From IMG/VR virus record IMGVR_UViG_3300042892_000699: a stretch of DNA of 64,000 bases, one strand, 5' to 3'. The notes below the pieces were generated by a model. It saw only the letters and a program-made list of their open reading frames with translations, was not told where the DNA came from and did not search any database. Positions 55,701 to 64,000 of the stretch are shown here, one piece after another. The number at the start of each line of letters is the position of its first letter. The first letter of the stretch is position 1. Both the position numbers and the translations under genes were made by a program. Source of the stretch: a virus. Its lineage: Duplodnaviria; Caudoviricetes.

Positions 55701-57362
55701 TATGGTGACTTTGCAAGCAGTTCTAGTTTTAATAATGTAGCCGTAAGAGGTGATTTAAATTCAGCCAGCGTATCTAACGGAACTTTAACACTATGGAGTT
55801 CTGGAGGAACTTCGACTTCTAGAATACAATTTAAGAATCAAGGTTCGATAGGATGGGGATTACATGGCGCACTTACAGAAGGCTATGCAACCTACTGGGA
55901 TATGGATACAAATGGACGTGGTTGGATTTTTAGAAATGCAACGTCCGGAGCAAACGTAGCCAGTATTGGAAATAGTACCGGTGTTACAACACTGGGTTCA
56001 TCCTGGGGAACTGGTACGACTCACGCTCAATTAAACGTGCAGCAGGGTACAAGTAGTGCTATAACATATAGAGACATTGACTTAAAAGGAGGGTGGAGTG
56101 GTGGTGAAGGTCACGCTATCAGTGCCACATATGGTTCAAGTGCAGTTAATCTAGTCGGTCAACAAGTATTCCAACACGACGGTCCTGGATCGAGAATTAA
56201 GTGGGGTAGATTGTATCATAGTGGAGATGTATCTGCATATCCTATGCAGTTAATTTCTGAGAACAATGCTGGTCAAGCATATTTAGAAATTAATTCGGGT
56301 TCAATGAGAGCCCCATTGTACTACGATCATAACAATACCAGCTTCTACATGGATTTTGCCGGCTACAGCAGAATCAATCAACTGACAATAGCTCATGGAA
56401 GAACCAACACATCTGAACAACAACCAGTGGGTCATTTTTCGCACAGCGATGAAGTATTTTCTATAGATCCTAGTTGGACCACAGATCAATTACGTGCTAT
56501 GTTTAGCGGCAGCACCAACGTAAATTGGGTCGCAGACAGTACAGCACCGGGTGGGTACGCTATTTCTCTCGCAGGCGCTATAAATGTAGGTAATACTGTT
56601 TATGGTAGCGGTGTTCCTTGGATCGCTGTAGATCAAGACGATATTTTCTATATGGAAGTATGGATGAAAAACGTGGTCACGCAGAATGGTCACTACATGG
56701 GCAGTATCGATTTCGATCATAACTTTAGCTCTCTAGGTGGAAACCCAGGTAGTTTTGGTTACTGGGTCATGTCAAACAATGCTCCGAGCGTAGGATCTTG
56801 GGTTAAGTATACTGGATATATTGGTGGTTTTGGCAGTAGTACTGGGCAGTTTAAGCCCGGAACAAAATACTGGACACCACAGGCATTGTTTAACTACACA
56901 GGCGGCGGCACTTCTTATATATCAGGATGGAAAGCAATCAGAGTGCGTCATCCAGGAAATAGAACTTTTGCAGGTGAAGTTCGTGCAACCAGTGAAATTA
57001 CTGCCTACTATGGATCTGATGAAAGACTAAAAGAAAACATTCAACCTATTGCAAGTCCCATGGCCATGCTCGAGTCTATTAGAGGTGTATATTTTGACTG
57101 GACACAGGAACATATACAATCCCGTGGCGGAGAAGATGGTTTCTTTGTAAGAAAACATGACATAGGTGTTATTGCTCAAGAAGTTGAAGCGATACTACCA
57201 GAAATTGTTGCAACTAGACCTGATGGTTTCAAAGCGGTTAAATATGAGAAGCTGGTTCCGTTGCTGATAGAAGCAATTAAAGATCAAAAATCTACCATAG
57301 ATCATCTCAGCGCAGAAGTGCAGGAATTAAAAGAATTAGTGCGAAAAAGTTTAGGAAAATAA
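52794..57362 (+). CDS. Tail fibre with C-terminal intramolecular chaperone (peptidase S74-like), copy A
   Basis: 'SDERLKENIQPI...L..IRGVYFDW...GVIAQEVE.ILPE.V...KAVKYEKLVPLLIEAIK'; 'GSGSGLDADLLDG' knee motif. Confidence 0.85.
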   Translation: MALSDRDIIITPNRGASSEPIISLRGGDASSSATMTMRIVNSGTVSTLSFEGTSGQLFAVSDTFAGTIFSANDISGIPSIEVLDNGAVKLAEYNGQVQIGGATNASNATSTATGELRVVGGAGVWKDLVVGGSITVAGSINAASISGTVTNSTNVTVTNDTTNASTHYLTMVSGTSGNLPIKVDGTGLVWIPSTNRLGVANTTPSFSLDVGPQTGPLQTVARFGNPGSDILITHASAIISHNAYYNGAWLRSAAGYASQVELQNGLFNFQTTPTTAAAGSSITDWTSRLMILNNGDVGIGTASPAATLHIVRSSNPYTRIQTGGGSYSYLQLDDGSSNGYLIKNVSAGTGNNALPGALYTYTDNSKAFQHIHSGTPLFTILSTGFVGIGTTAPAYKFSVNTAADVWHAQFGTSGGKQVRIGGSTTNGSVIGAYNTDDNSSPASLLLQRDGGNVGIGIAAPSVKLHVVGSSILSNNTGIDPDAYTNTVVAGAIADGSGWGVSSAIGGNAGTGDSWAIGHNGNYLYYGVGNGAADNTFATYMVTGGTGRHLWLTPASGGSVGIGVAEGTTPGRKLDVNGTTNISSHITQGTLVSRPNVTWGASGSSTGAVVIKFPGGTGNYGMVHVVIDIYTYDGEHASTVIVGGHNWNSAWYNFGATLVGSYSKGVRVAFKDGQYAIVLGNNTSTWSYGQVIVRKIQNGSYYSGVMDLGGTYSIAQDASAESYTYISGNLITAGAGSSGGWNSSNDGSGSGLDADLLDGIDSSSFVRDDATSNGYIDLNGGTQNSPTDATIYATATNNNDWLLRLNAQNSSKTEYGAYVQIPSAATYAWAVYSDSNTWNWRINGAGQSFSPIYYDVNDTARFMDMNGNNTSQIGNLRLNGDWSTGSHAEQLTVRGTYASMCLRATNGNQPYWLFHNDSTSALLFYGGRGAVDGSSWDWGFRIYGASDGLYGEGRNSLRAPIFYDTNDTNYYGDFASSSSFNNVAVRGDLNSASVSNGTLTLWSSGGTSTSRIQFKNQGSIGWGLHGALTEGYATYWDMDTNGRGWIFRNATSGANVASIGNSTGVTTLGSSWGTGTTHAQLNVQQGTSSAITYRDIDLKGGWSGGEGHAISATYGSSAVNLVGQQVFQHDGPGSRIKWGRLYHSGDVSAYPMQLISENNAGQAYLEINSGSMRAPLYYDHNNTSFYMDFAGYSRINQLTIAHGRTNTSEQQPVGHFSHSDEVFSIDPSWTTDQLRAMFSGSTNVNWVADSTAPGGYAISLAGAINVGNTVYGSGVPWIAVDQDDIFYMEVWMKNVVTQNGHYMGSIDFDHNFSSLGGNPGSFGYWVMSNNAPSVGSWVKYTGYIGGFGSSTGQFKPGTKYWTPQALFNYTGGGTSYISGWKAIRVRHPGNRTFAGEVRATSEITAYYGSDERLKENIQPIASPMAMLESIRGVYFDWTQEHIQSRGGEDGFFVRKHDIGVIAQEVEAILPEIVATRPDGFKAVKYEKLVPLLIEAIKDQKSTIDHLSAEVQELKELVRKSLGK

Positions 57363-57365
57363 AGA

Positions 57366-60300
57366 ATGGCAAATTCAGATCGCGACATTAGAATTATACC
57401 GGATAGGGGTTCCTCTACCGATCCGGTTATATACTTCACGGGTGCTGATAGCCTATCTAGCGCAACCATTACTCTAAGAGTTTATAATTCTGGTACAGAT
57501 GCTACTCTAAGTTTTGAAGGTGATGTAGGACAGTTATTCTCTATCACGGACAGTACGTTTGGTCCTGTGTTTGCAGTCAATGACGTTACAGGTATTCCCA
57601 GCATAGAAGTATATGACACTGGTGAAATTAGATTTGCACAGTACAACGGATATCTCAATGTAGCAGGTACAGCAAATGCAACTTCAACAAACACAGGCGT
57701 TGTAAGAATTGCTGGCGGAACAGGTATAGCAAAGGATCTATTCGTTGGTGGAAACATCAACGTCGGCGGAACTATTACAGCATCTAGTGTTTCTGGAACA
57801 GTTACTAACTCCACAAACGTAACTATCACTAACGATGCTTCAAATGCCAGCACCCATTATTTGACTTTTGTTTCTGGAACCAGTGGTAACTTGCCTATCA
57901 AAGTTGATAATTCAGCATTAGTATGGGTCCCTAGTACAAATAGATTGGGTATCGGTACAACCAGTCCCACAAGCAGATTACATGTTGCGGGCGCAGGTAA
58001 CACAACTGGCGGAAATATTCACCTAGGAGACGATGTTAACGGTACAGCAAAGTGGACTTACATAACAGGAGCGCATTATAACGGAGCTACTAACCTTACT
58101 GGCTTCTCATTAATCGGCGGATTATCTGATGCAACTTCAAATAAAGTTGTAATTGGTGGTAACATTTACGAATCTAACCCTGCAACTGAAATTCAGTTCT
58201 GGACACATACTGCAACTACACACGCAACTGGCGGTAGTCAGCGGATGGTCATTGACACTAACGGAAACGTCGGTATCAATATTACGTCACCGACAAGTAG
58301 ATTGCACGTTCGAGAAGCAGGCGCAACCATATCAAGTGGTAATGCTATTAATGGTACCTCAATGAGAGGTATCATGGTTGACAACACTAACAATGATGAT
58401 ACTTCAGTGGGTCTATGGTTTAGCACAGGTCCAGGAAGTCACTGGTCTGGTATCAGTGGTCAGCGATCAAATTCAGCAGCTAACTGGGGAACAGATCTAC
58501 GTTTCTATACACACGAAGACGCAACTAACGATTTAACATATAGTCGAGAAAGACTGCGTATCAGCTCTAACGGTCTTGTAGGCATCGGAACCAGTGACTT
58601 CTCATACACCACTTCAGATAATACTGCGTTAGTAGGTAGTTTTACCAACAATAGATTGTTTGTAAACGGTAGTATTCAACTGCTAGGAAACAATGATGCT
58701 ATTGTATTTGGTCGCGGCACAGGCACATTCCTAAAAGACGAAGAACTAGGTTTTGGTTGGGGCGGTGGCTGGTGGATGAATGATGCTACATATCTGCGTG
58801 TAAAAGCCTACAAGCACGTCTATAACGAAAATATCTACAGCGGTTCTAGATTTCAAAACTTTTCAACTAGTTATAATGCACCTAACATGTTTATGCCACG
58901 TTGGGAGGACCCAAACTTTGCATATGGCATGTCATCGAATGACAGTAGCGTCTATTGGATGCAGGCAAAGTATTACGGTTTAGGTAATAACGATCGAGGA
59001 TTTAGAGTATTAGATTCTAATAGTGGTGCGGTAAGAATGTCAGTTGCTGATAAGATTACTACACACCAAAACACATTCTATCGTACCTTCAACAGTTACA
59101 CAGGCTCTGACAACGGTCCAATGAAGACCTGGGACGGTGTACTTACTGCCGGTTCGGATTATAGTGGAGCCGCAACTTATACGGTTATTGAAACTAATGT
59201 TCCGCAAGACAGCTACATGATGGGCGGCTTTACCATTAACTGGTTTGAGAACTATTCTAGTAATAACGCTAAAACTAGTATTAATTTAGGTGGTTACTGG
59301 AATGCAGAAAGCAATGGCGGTTTTCAAGGCTGGGAGTATACTAGCACTAATCCTAATATTGTTCCTACTATTCAGGTAGGTAGAAATATCAGTACTGGTA
59401 GGACAGCAATTATATTAACGCACTTTAATTCTAGTTATCCTATTATTTTAGCAAGAGACTTATGGTTAGGTTATAGTACTGGTGATTACGATTATGGATC
59501 AGGCTGGTCGATCCTACAAACCAACAGTTTGTCAGCTTATACAAACTTAGATACTGTTGTTCCTAGGACTTCAGTTGCTGGTAGTTCTGGTTCAGGTTCT
59601 GGATTAAATGCTGACCTGTTAGACGGCATCGACAGCACAGGATTTTGGCGTCAGAGTGGTAGTTGGGCAGGTGATTTAGCTTCTAACGGGTACACAAGAA
59701 CTAATGGTGTTACTACTGGAGCCGGAGCCGAGTTTGTAGTTTTAGAAAGTGGTGGTCGAGGATACACATTAGTTGATGGCTCATATTACGCCTACGAAGG
59801 TGGCGGATTTTATTCTTCAAGTAACTCTGCGTTTGGTACCTTAAGAGGTTTTTATTCTGATTCTTCTTCTAGTGTACTGTTCAACGCTACAATAAAAGCA
59901 CCTAGGTTTGAGGACAGCAATGATACATCATATTATGTAGATCCTGGCAGTGACTCGAGACTCAACGGTAGATTAACTGTAGCAGCTGGGCACGGTGATT
60001 CATCACTTAGAGTGCATCTGAACGCCGCAGACAACGGTGCCGGTACAGGTATATCCGCTTTACAAATGTGGTGCAGTGAACCAGGTAATACATGGGACTG
60101 GGCAGGCTTTGGTTTCAACGTTGATAACAGTCAGAACACTAACATGCCTGTCTATTACTTTGGTAGACCAAATCCTAGTTTTGGACAAGCGTACATGAGA
60201 ATGGGTACAGGCGGACAGTGGTATTTCTATACCGCTACCGCAGGTACAGGAGATTATTCAGGTACTAGATATACTCACATGTATCTAGCACCAAATAACG

Positions 60301-61943
60301 GTGTTGAAACATATGGTAGATTGTATAACGATACTCGTGTCGATGCACCTATATTCTATGACAGTAATGATACTACATATTATGTTAACCCTGCAGTCGA
60401 CACCCGACTTGGAGGCCAGGTTAAAATAGCAGGTAACGCATCGGGCAGCGCAGGTAATGCACTTATTGTAGGCAGCACAACTGTTAATTTTTCATTACAA
60501 GATACTAATCTAAGACCTATTCTACACGCTCATGGTCAGTACCCTGCATTAACTTTAAACCATACTGTAACATCAAATACCAATCACGGACCCACAATAC
60601 AATTTACCTGCAACGGCGTCGGTAATCAGTTTGTTATTGGAACAGGTGGAGCCGGAACATTCCTAGATATGGGATATTCTAGCGCAGGCGATTGGAATCC
60701 ACACAATGGTATTGCTGGATACAACGGTGTTACTTTCTTTAGGGCAAATACTAGCGGAAATATAGGAATCGGCGCTCAGGGCGACTGGGGAGCATTAGGA
60801 GGCGGTGATCCAGGGTACGCTATTGATACTAGGGGAACATTATATAATAATACTGACATTCGTGCTCCAATTTTCTACGACAGCAACAATACCGGTTACT
60901 ATGCTGACCCCAACAGTACATCAAACTTTGTAGGGCTAACAGTCGCTAACAGAATTACAGGAAGCGTTAGCGGATATGCAACTAGAATTGATGATGCACA
61001 AAGAACTGCATTTACTGTAGGTGGCAATACAAGTAATTTTTATCCTGTAGTATTTCAACTTGGTTCAGGACCAACTGTACAACAATACGGCGAGTTTATG
61101 ATTGAACGTGGTGGATACGACGACCCTGGATACACCGGCGTTAACTTCTCTACTATGAACGCACGTTTTAGTCACAAGTCCAGCGGCTGGGGCTTTGGTT
61201 CTACATATGAAAATTGCGAATCCTTGTATCAAAACGTTCAATTGATTGCAAACTGGCAACAGGTCAGCGAAAGCAGTAGAATGATTATTTGGCTTCGTGG
61301 CGCAACAATTTATAACTTTTACAATATTGTAGGTAATACAACATTGTTTAATGGTAACTCTGCTGGTGGAAACATTGTTGAATCTAACCCATCATACTAC
61401 ACTTACACATTTACACCAACAACTACAATTCAACCTAAAGCACAACACAGTAAATATTTCAATAGTGGTGCTATGTTTGATGGTAGCTGCAGGATTCTTA
61501 GCTTAGGGTTGGGCACTAATGCATCGGGTACAACGGGTGAAATTAGAGCAACTAATGAAATTACAGCTTACTATTCAGATCGTAGGTTAAAAACCAACGT
61601 TCAAGTTATCGAAAATGCCGTAGACAAAGTAAAAAAATTAACTGGTATTACTTATACAGGGAACAATATTGCAGGAGAACACGGGTACGACATCAATAAA
61701 AGACAAGCAGGTGTATTTGCAGATGAAGTTGAAAGCGTATTACCAGAAATTGTTAGGCCAGCTCCGTTTGATATTGATGACGACGGTGACAGCAAGTCAG
61801 GTGAATATTATAAAACAGTACAGTATGAAAAATTAGTTCCGTTATTAATTGAAGCAATTAAAGAACAACAAAAAACCATTGAAAAACAAAGTCAACGCAT
61901 CAATGACCTTGAAGATAGAATAAATAAAAACAAGTTAATCTAA
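57366..61943 (+). CDS. Tail fibre with C-terminal intramolecular chaperone (peptidase S74-like), copy B
   Basis: 'SDRRLKTNVQVI...YKTVQYEKLVPLLIEAIKEQ'; N-terminal ~200 aa paralogous to copy A. Confidence 0.85.
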   Translation: MANSDRDIRIIPDRGSSTDPVIYFTGADSLSSATITLRVYNSGTDATLSFEGDVGQLFSITDSTFGPVFAVNDVTGIPSIEVYDTGEIRFAQYNGYLNVAGTANATSTNTGVVRIAGGTGIAKDLFVGGNINVGGTITASSVSGTVTNSTNVTITNDASNASTHYLTFVSGTSGNLPIKVDNSALVWVPSTNRLGIGTTSPTSRLHVAGAGNTTGGNIHLGDDVNGTAKWTYITGAHYNGATNLTGFSLIGGLSDATSNKVVIGGNIYESNPATEIQFWTHTATTHATGGSQRMVIDTNGNVGINITSPTSRLHVREAGATISSGNAINGTSMRGIMVDNTNNDDTSVGLWFSTGPGSHWSGISGQRSNSAANWGTDLRFYTHEDATNDLTYSRERLRISSNGLVGIGTSDFSYTTSDNTALVGSFTNNRLFVNGSIQLLGNNDAIVFGRGTGTFLKDEELGFGWGGGWWMNDATYLRVKAYKHVYNENIYSGSRFQNFSTSYNAPNMFMPRWEDPNFAYGMSSNDSSVYWMQAKYYGLGNNDRGFRVLDSNSGAVRMSVADKITTHQNTFYRTFNSYTGSDNGPMKTWDGVLTAGSDYSGAATYTVIETNVPQDSYMMGGFTINWFENYSSNNAKTSINLGGYWNAESNGGFQGWEYTSTNPNIVPTIQVGRNISTGRTAIILTHFNSSYPIILARDLWLGYSTGDYDYGSGWSILQTNSLSAYTNLDTVVPRTSVAGSSGSGSGLNADLLDGIDSTGFWRQSGSWAGDLASNGYTRTNGVTTGAGAEFVVLESGGRGYTLVDGSYYAYEGGGFYSSSNSAFGTLRGFYSDSSSSVLFNATIKAPRFEDSNDTSYYVDPGSDSRLNGRLTVAAGHGDSSLRVHLNAADNGAGTGISALQMWCSEPGNTWDWAGFGFNVDNSQNTNMPVYYFGRPNPSFGQAYMRMGTGGQWYFYTATAGTGDYSGTRYTHMYLAPNNGVETYGRLYNDTRVDAPIFYDSNDTTYYVNPAVDTRLGGQVKIAGNASGSAGNALIVGSTTVNFSLQDTNLRPILHAHGQYPALTLNHTVTSNTNHGPTIQFTCNGVGNQFVIGTGGAGTFLDMGYSSAGDWNPHNGIAGYNGVTFFRANTSGNIGIGAQGDWGALGGGDPGYAIDTRGTLYNNTDIRAPIFYDSNNTGYYADPNSTSNFVGLTVANRITGSVSGYATRIDDAQRTAFTVGGNTSNFYPVVFQLGSGPTVQQYGEFMIERGGYDDPGYTGVNFSTMNARFSHKSSGWGFGSTYENCESLYQNVQLIANWQQVSESSRMIIWLRGATIYNFYNIVGNTTLFNGNSAGGNIVESNPSYYTYTFTPTTTIQPKAQHSKYFNSGAMFDGSCRILSLGLGTNASGTTGEIRATNEITAYYSDRRLKTNVQVIENAVDKVKKLTGITYTGNNIAGEHGYDINKRQAGVFADEVESVLPEIVRPAPFDIDDDGDSKSGEYYKTVQYEKLVPLLIEAIKEQQKTIEKQSQRINDLEDRINKNKLI

Positions 61944-61959
61944 AGGATTAGGAGAAATT

Positions 61960-62310
61960 ATGTCAATTACGTATACCTGGAAAATTACAGGATTAAAGCA
62001 AAATAGCAACGGCGAAGTTGTACACGCCACATGGCAAAAAACTGGTACAGATTCTGATGGACATTCTGGAGTCTTTACGGGAGCAACTCCTTTTACAATA
62101 CCAGAAGGTGCAGAACTTATTCCTACTCAGACACTAAGTGAAGATGATGTTATGGGCTGGATCAAGGCTATAGTTGTAAACGATTACGAACGACATGTTA
62201 ATGGACAGATCCAGAAACAGATCGATCAACAAAAATCCGTGTTAGCAGATGTTAAGTTATCATGGATGCCTGAACCCGCAGCAGCGCCTATGGCACCGCC
62301 AACTGAATAA
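61960..62310 (+). CDS. Small fibre-associated protein (hypothetical; possible assembly chaperone)
   Basis: 'MSITYTWKITGL...VV.ATW...G.D..G..G.F.GATPF'; AGGAGA SD; directly after the S74 fibres. Confidence 0.65.
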   Translation: MSITYTWKITGLKQNSNGEVVHATWQKTGTDSDGHSGVFTGATPFTIPEGAELIPTQTLSEDDVMGWIKAIVVNDYERHVNGQIQKQIDQQKSVLADVKLSWMPEPAAAPMAPPTE

Positions 62311-62375
62311 TACATAGTCACATTTTAATATAAACAAGGAAATGGGCTCATAAATATCAGGGCCTCAAGGACATA

Positions 62376-62606
62376 ATGCCAGGAAATTTACCAGCAACAG
62401 GATCGGAACTATCATTCGGAAGAGTCAACAGGGCGTATACTAACAATACACCTGGTGCTGCCGGCAATGCTCCGTCTGGCGGCCAGAATATTAGGTTAAG
62501 TGCTATCCTAGGTAATAATGCTACTTACGGTATTAACCAAGCAGCCGGAACCCAGATTAGATTCTCTCAAACTTTCGGCGGCCGCTCATATCCTTTTACA
62601 TATTAA
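62376..62606 (+). CDS. Small Gly/Asn-rich hypothetical protein
   Basis: ATAAATA at 62350-62356 and AAGGA SD upstream. Confidence 0.6.
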   Translation: MPGNLPATGSELSFGRVNRAYTNNTPGAAGNAPSGGQNIRLSAILGNNATYGINQAAGTQIRFSQTFGGRSYPFTY

Positions 62607-62607
62607 C

Positions 62608-63081
62608 ATGAAACCAAACAACATTGCAAAACTATTAGAATCAGTAAACGAATGCCCTAGCAAATGGGAATTAGATAACGTAATTTGGGCAGATAGAGGA
62701 ACAAATCCAACAATTTTAAAAAAATTCCTGGAAAGAATCCAAACTCTATCAGAGTCTGGTGCTACATTAACACCCGGCGAAGCCTCTGAACTAGAACGTC
62801 TAACAGATTTACTAGACGACATGGACATCGATGAATGTTCTGAACTTTTAAATTTAAATGAAGATGCTTCTAAAGAATCTTTTATTGAGAACTTGGCAAG
62901 AACCAGCGCAATTGAAGTTCTTACAAATGAAAAATTGAGCTTTGAAACCATGACAACCGCTTGCAAACTAAGTCCTAATGACTTTATACTGTGTGCTAAG
63001 AGGACCCAAGATTTAATCAATGCTATCCACGGATTGGTAATCAAGGGCGAAACACTTAGTAACGATGTAGCAGGCGCATGA
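62608..63081 (+). CDS. Hypothetical helical protein
   Basis: Start at 62608 (1 nt after the upstream stop) preferred over 62518; ATGA overlap with the glycosyltransferase. Confidence 0.6.
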   Translation: MKPNNIAKLLESVNECPSKWELDNVIWADRGTNPTILKKFLERIQTLSESGATLTPGEASELERLTDLLDDMDIDECSELLNLNEDASKESFIENLARTSAIEVLTNEKLSFETMTTACKLSPNDFILCAKRTQDLINAIHGLVIKGETLSNDVAGA

Positions 63082-63734
63082 AAAAGAACTCAGTATTTTC
63101 TTCAAGTAAATGGTCAACTAAAAAGGGAAAAATAGCAGTATGTATTCCTACACGGGATACACTGCATTCTGCCCATGCAATGAGCTTACTTGAAATGGTA
63201 AAATTTAATACCATGAATGATTTAGACACACATGTGTTTATGGATGCAAGCACAATCTTACTTACACAACGTGAGAGACTTGCAACAATGGCCTTAGATT
63301 TAGGGGCTGAATATATGCTGTGGCTAGATAGTGATATAGTATTTCCAGCAACCACTGCTGTTAGACTGTTAGCTCACAATCAACCTATAGTTGCAGGAAA
63401 TTACGTTAGACGACAATTTCCCTGTAAAGGTGTTGCTTATGAAACAATAGGCGACTGGGAAAATCCCTTAGACTTTAAAGTTCAAGATAAACTTGTGGAC
63501 GTAGAAGGAATAGGCATGGGTTGTGTATTAATGAAAACTGAAATATTCAATCAACTTCCGAAACCTTGGTTTGAATTTGGATGGAGTCCTGCATCAAATG
63601 ATTTCTTAGGTGAAGATATGTTACTATGGCAAAAAGTCAGTGCAGCCGGGTACACTGTCAAAGTTGATACAGCACTAAGTCAAGAACTACGCCACTTAGG
63701 AACTTACGGTTTTGGTCCTAGCGACCTAGACTAA
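63078..63734 (+). CDS. GT-A fold (GT2-like) glycosyltransferase
   Basis: 'KIAVCIPTR', DxD motif 'WLDSD', 'GIGMGCVLM', 'GEDM' and 'LRHLG'. Confidence 0.75.
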   Translation: MKKNSVFSSSKWSTKKGKIAVCIPTRDTLHSAHAMSLLEMVKFNTMNDLDTHVFMDASTILLTQRERLATMALDLGAEYMLWLDSDIVFPATTAVRLLAHNQPIVAGNYVRRQFPCKGVAYETIGDWENPLDFKVQDKLVDVEGIGMGCVLMKTEIFNQLPKPWFEFGWSPASNDFLGEDMLLWQKVSAAGYTVKVDTALSQELRHLGTYGFGPSDLD

Positions 63735-63998
63735 CTCTAATATCAATTCTATTTTTGCTCTAATAATTTTATTATTGAGACTATTCTTTACACCCTGGTG
63801 TAAAGGTTTTGGCCAGTTGTTAAAACTGCACCACGCATATCCTGCATGTTCGTTATTTAGATGTGGTTGAAATTCTTTTTCTACAATCACAACATAGGTA
63901 TTATACTGAAATTTTTGATCGTTGCTGGTAAACAACTCAAGAGGTACAGTTTTTTTAATACCAGATACTTTTCCAACTTCTTCTTCAATCTCTCGTTG
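63726..63998 (-). CDS. Nudix hydrolase, 5' end beyond the window
   Basis: Extending the track ORF upstream gives 'QREIEEEVG' (C-terminal half of the Nudix box), then 'LNNEHAGYAW'. Confidence 0.75.
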   Translation of the reverse strand, partial: QREIEEEVGKVSGIKKTVPLELFTSNDQKFQYNTYVVIVEKEFQPHLNNEHAGYAWCSFNNWPKPLHQGVKNSLNNKIIRAKIELILELV

Positions 63999-64000
63999 TA

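Overview
This window is part of a large T4-like (gp23/gp20/gp55-type) myovirus genome, almost entirely the virion morphogenesis region. From left to right it holds: (1) a minus-strand baseplate operon (hub gene cut by the window edge, gp53-like, gp48/54-like); (2) a small plus-strand island with the late sigma factor gp55, the gp47/gp46 nuclease-ATPase pair, one or two Hc1-like DNA-binding proteins and a GIY-YIG nuclease; (3) a ~460-nt ORF-free, hairpin-rich region; (4) a gp26-like/gp51-like pair joined by a canonical -1 slippery site, divergent from a tape-measure gene; (5) the head module (portal, core, protease, scaffold, major capsid); (6) about 41 kb of fibre/adhesin genes; (7) a glycosyltransferase operon and a truncated Nudix gene. 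The most striking observation is a 2806-aa virion-type protein with 11 Cys-x-Arg-Asp repeats, spaced 149-168 aa apart within each of two blocks. By eye they align with the bilin-attachment helices of phycobiliproteins. Other strong candidates are the programmed frameshift, the large structured RNA, and a four-gene constant/variable lectin array. No tRNA, rRNA, CRISPR array, integrase or reverse transcriptase was seen. All family assignments come from motif recognition and gene order; no database search was run.
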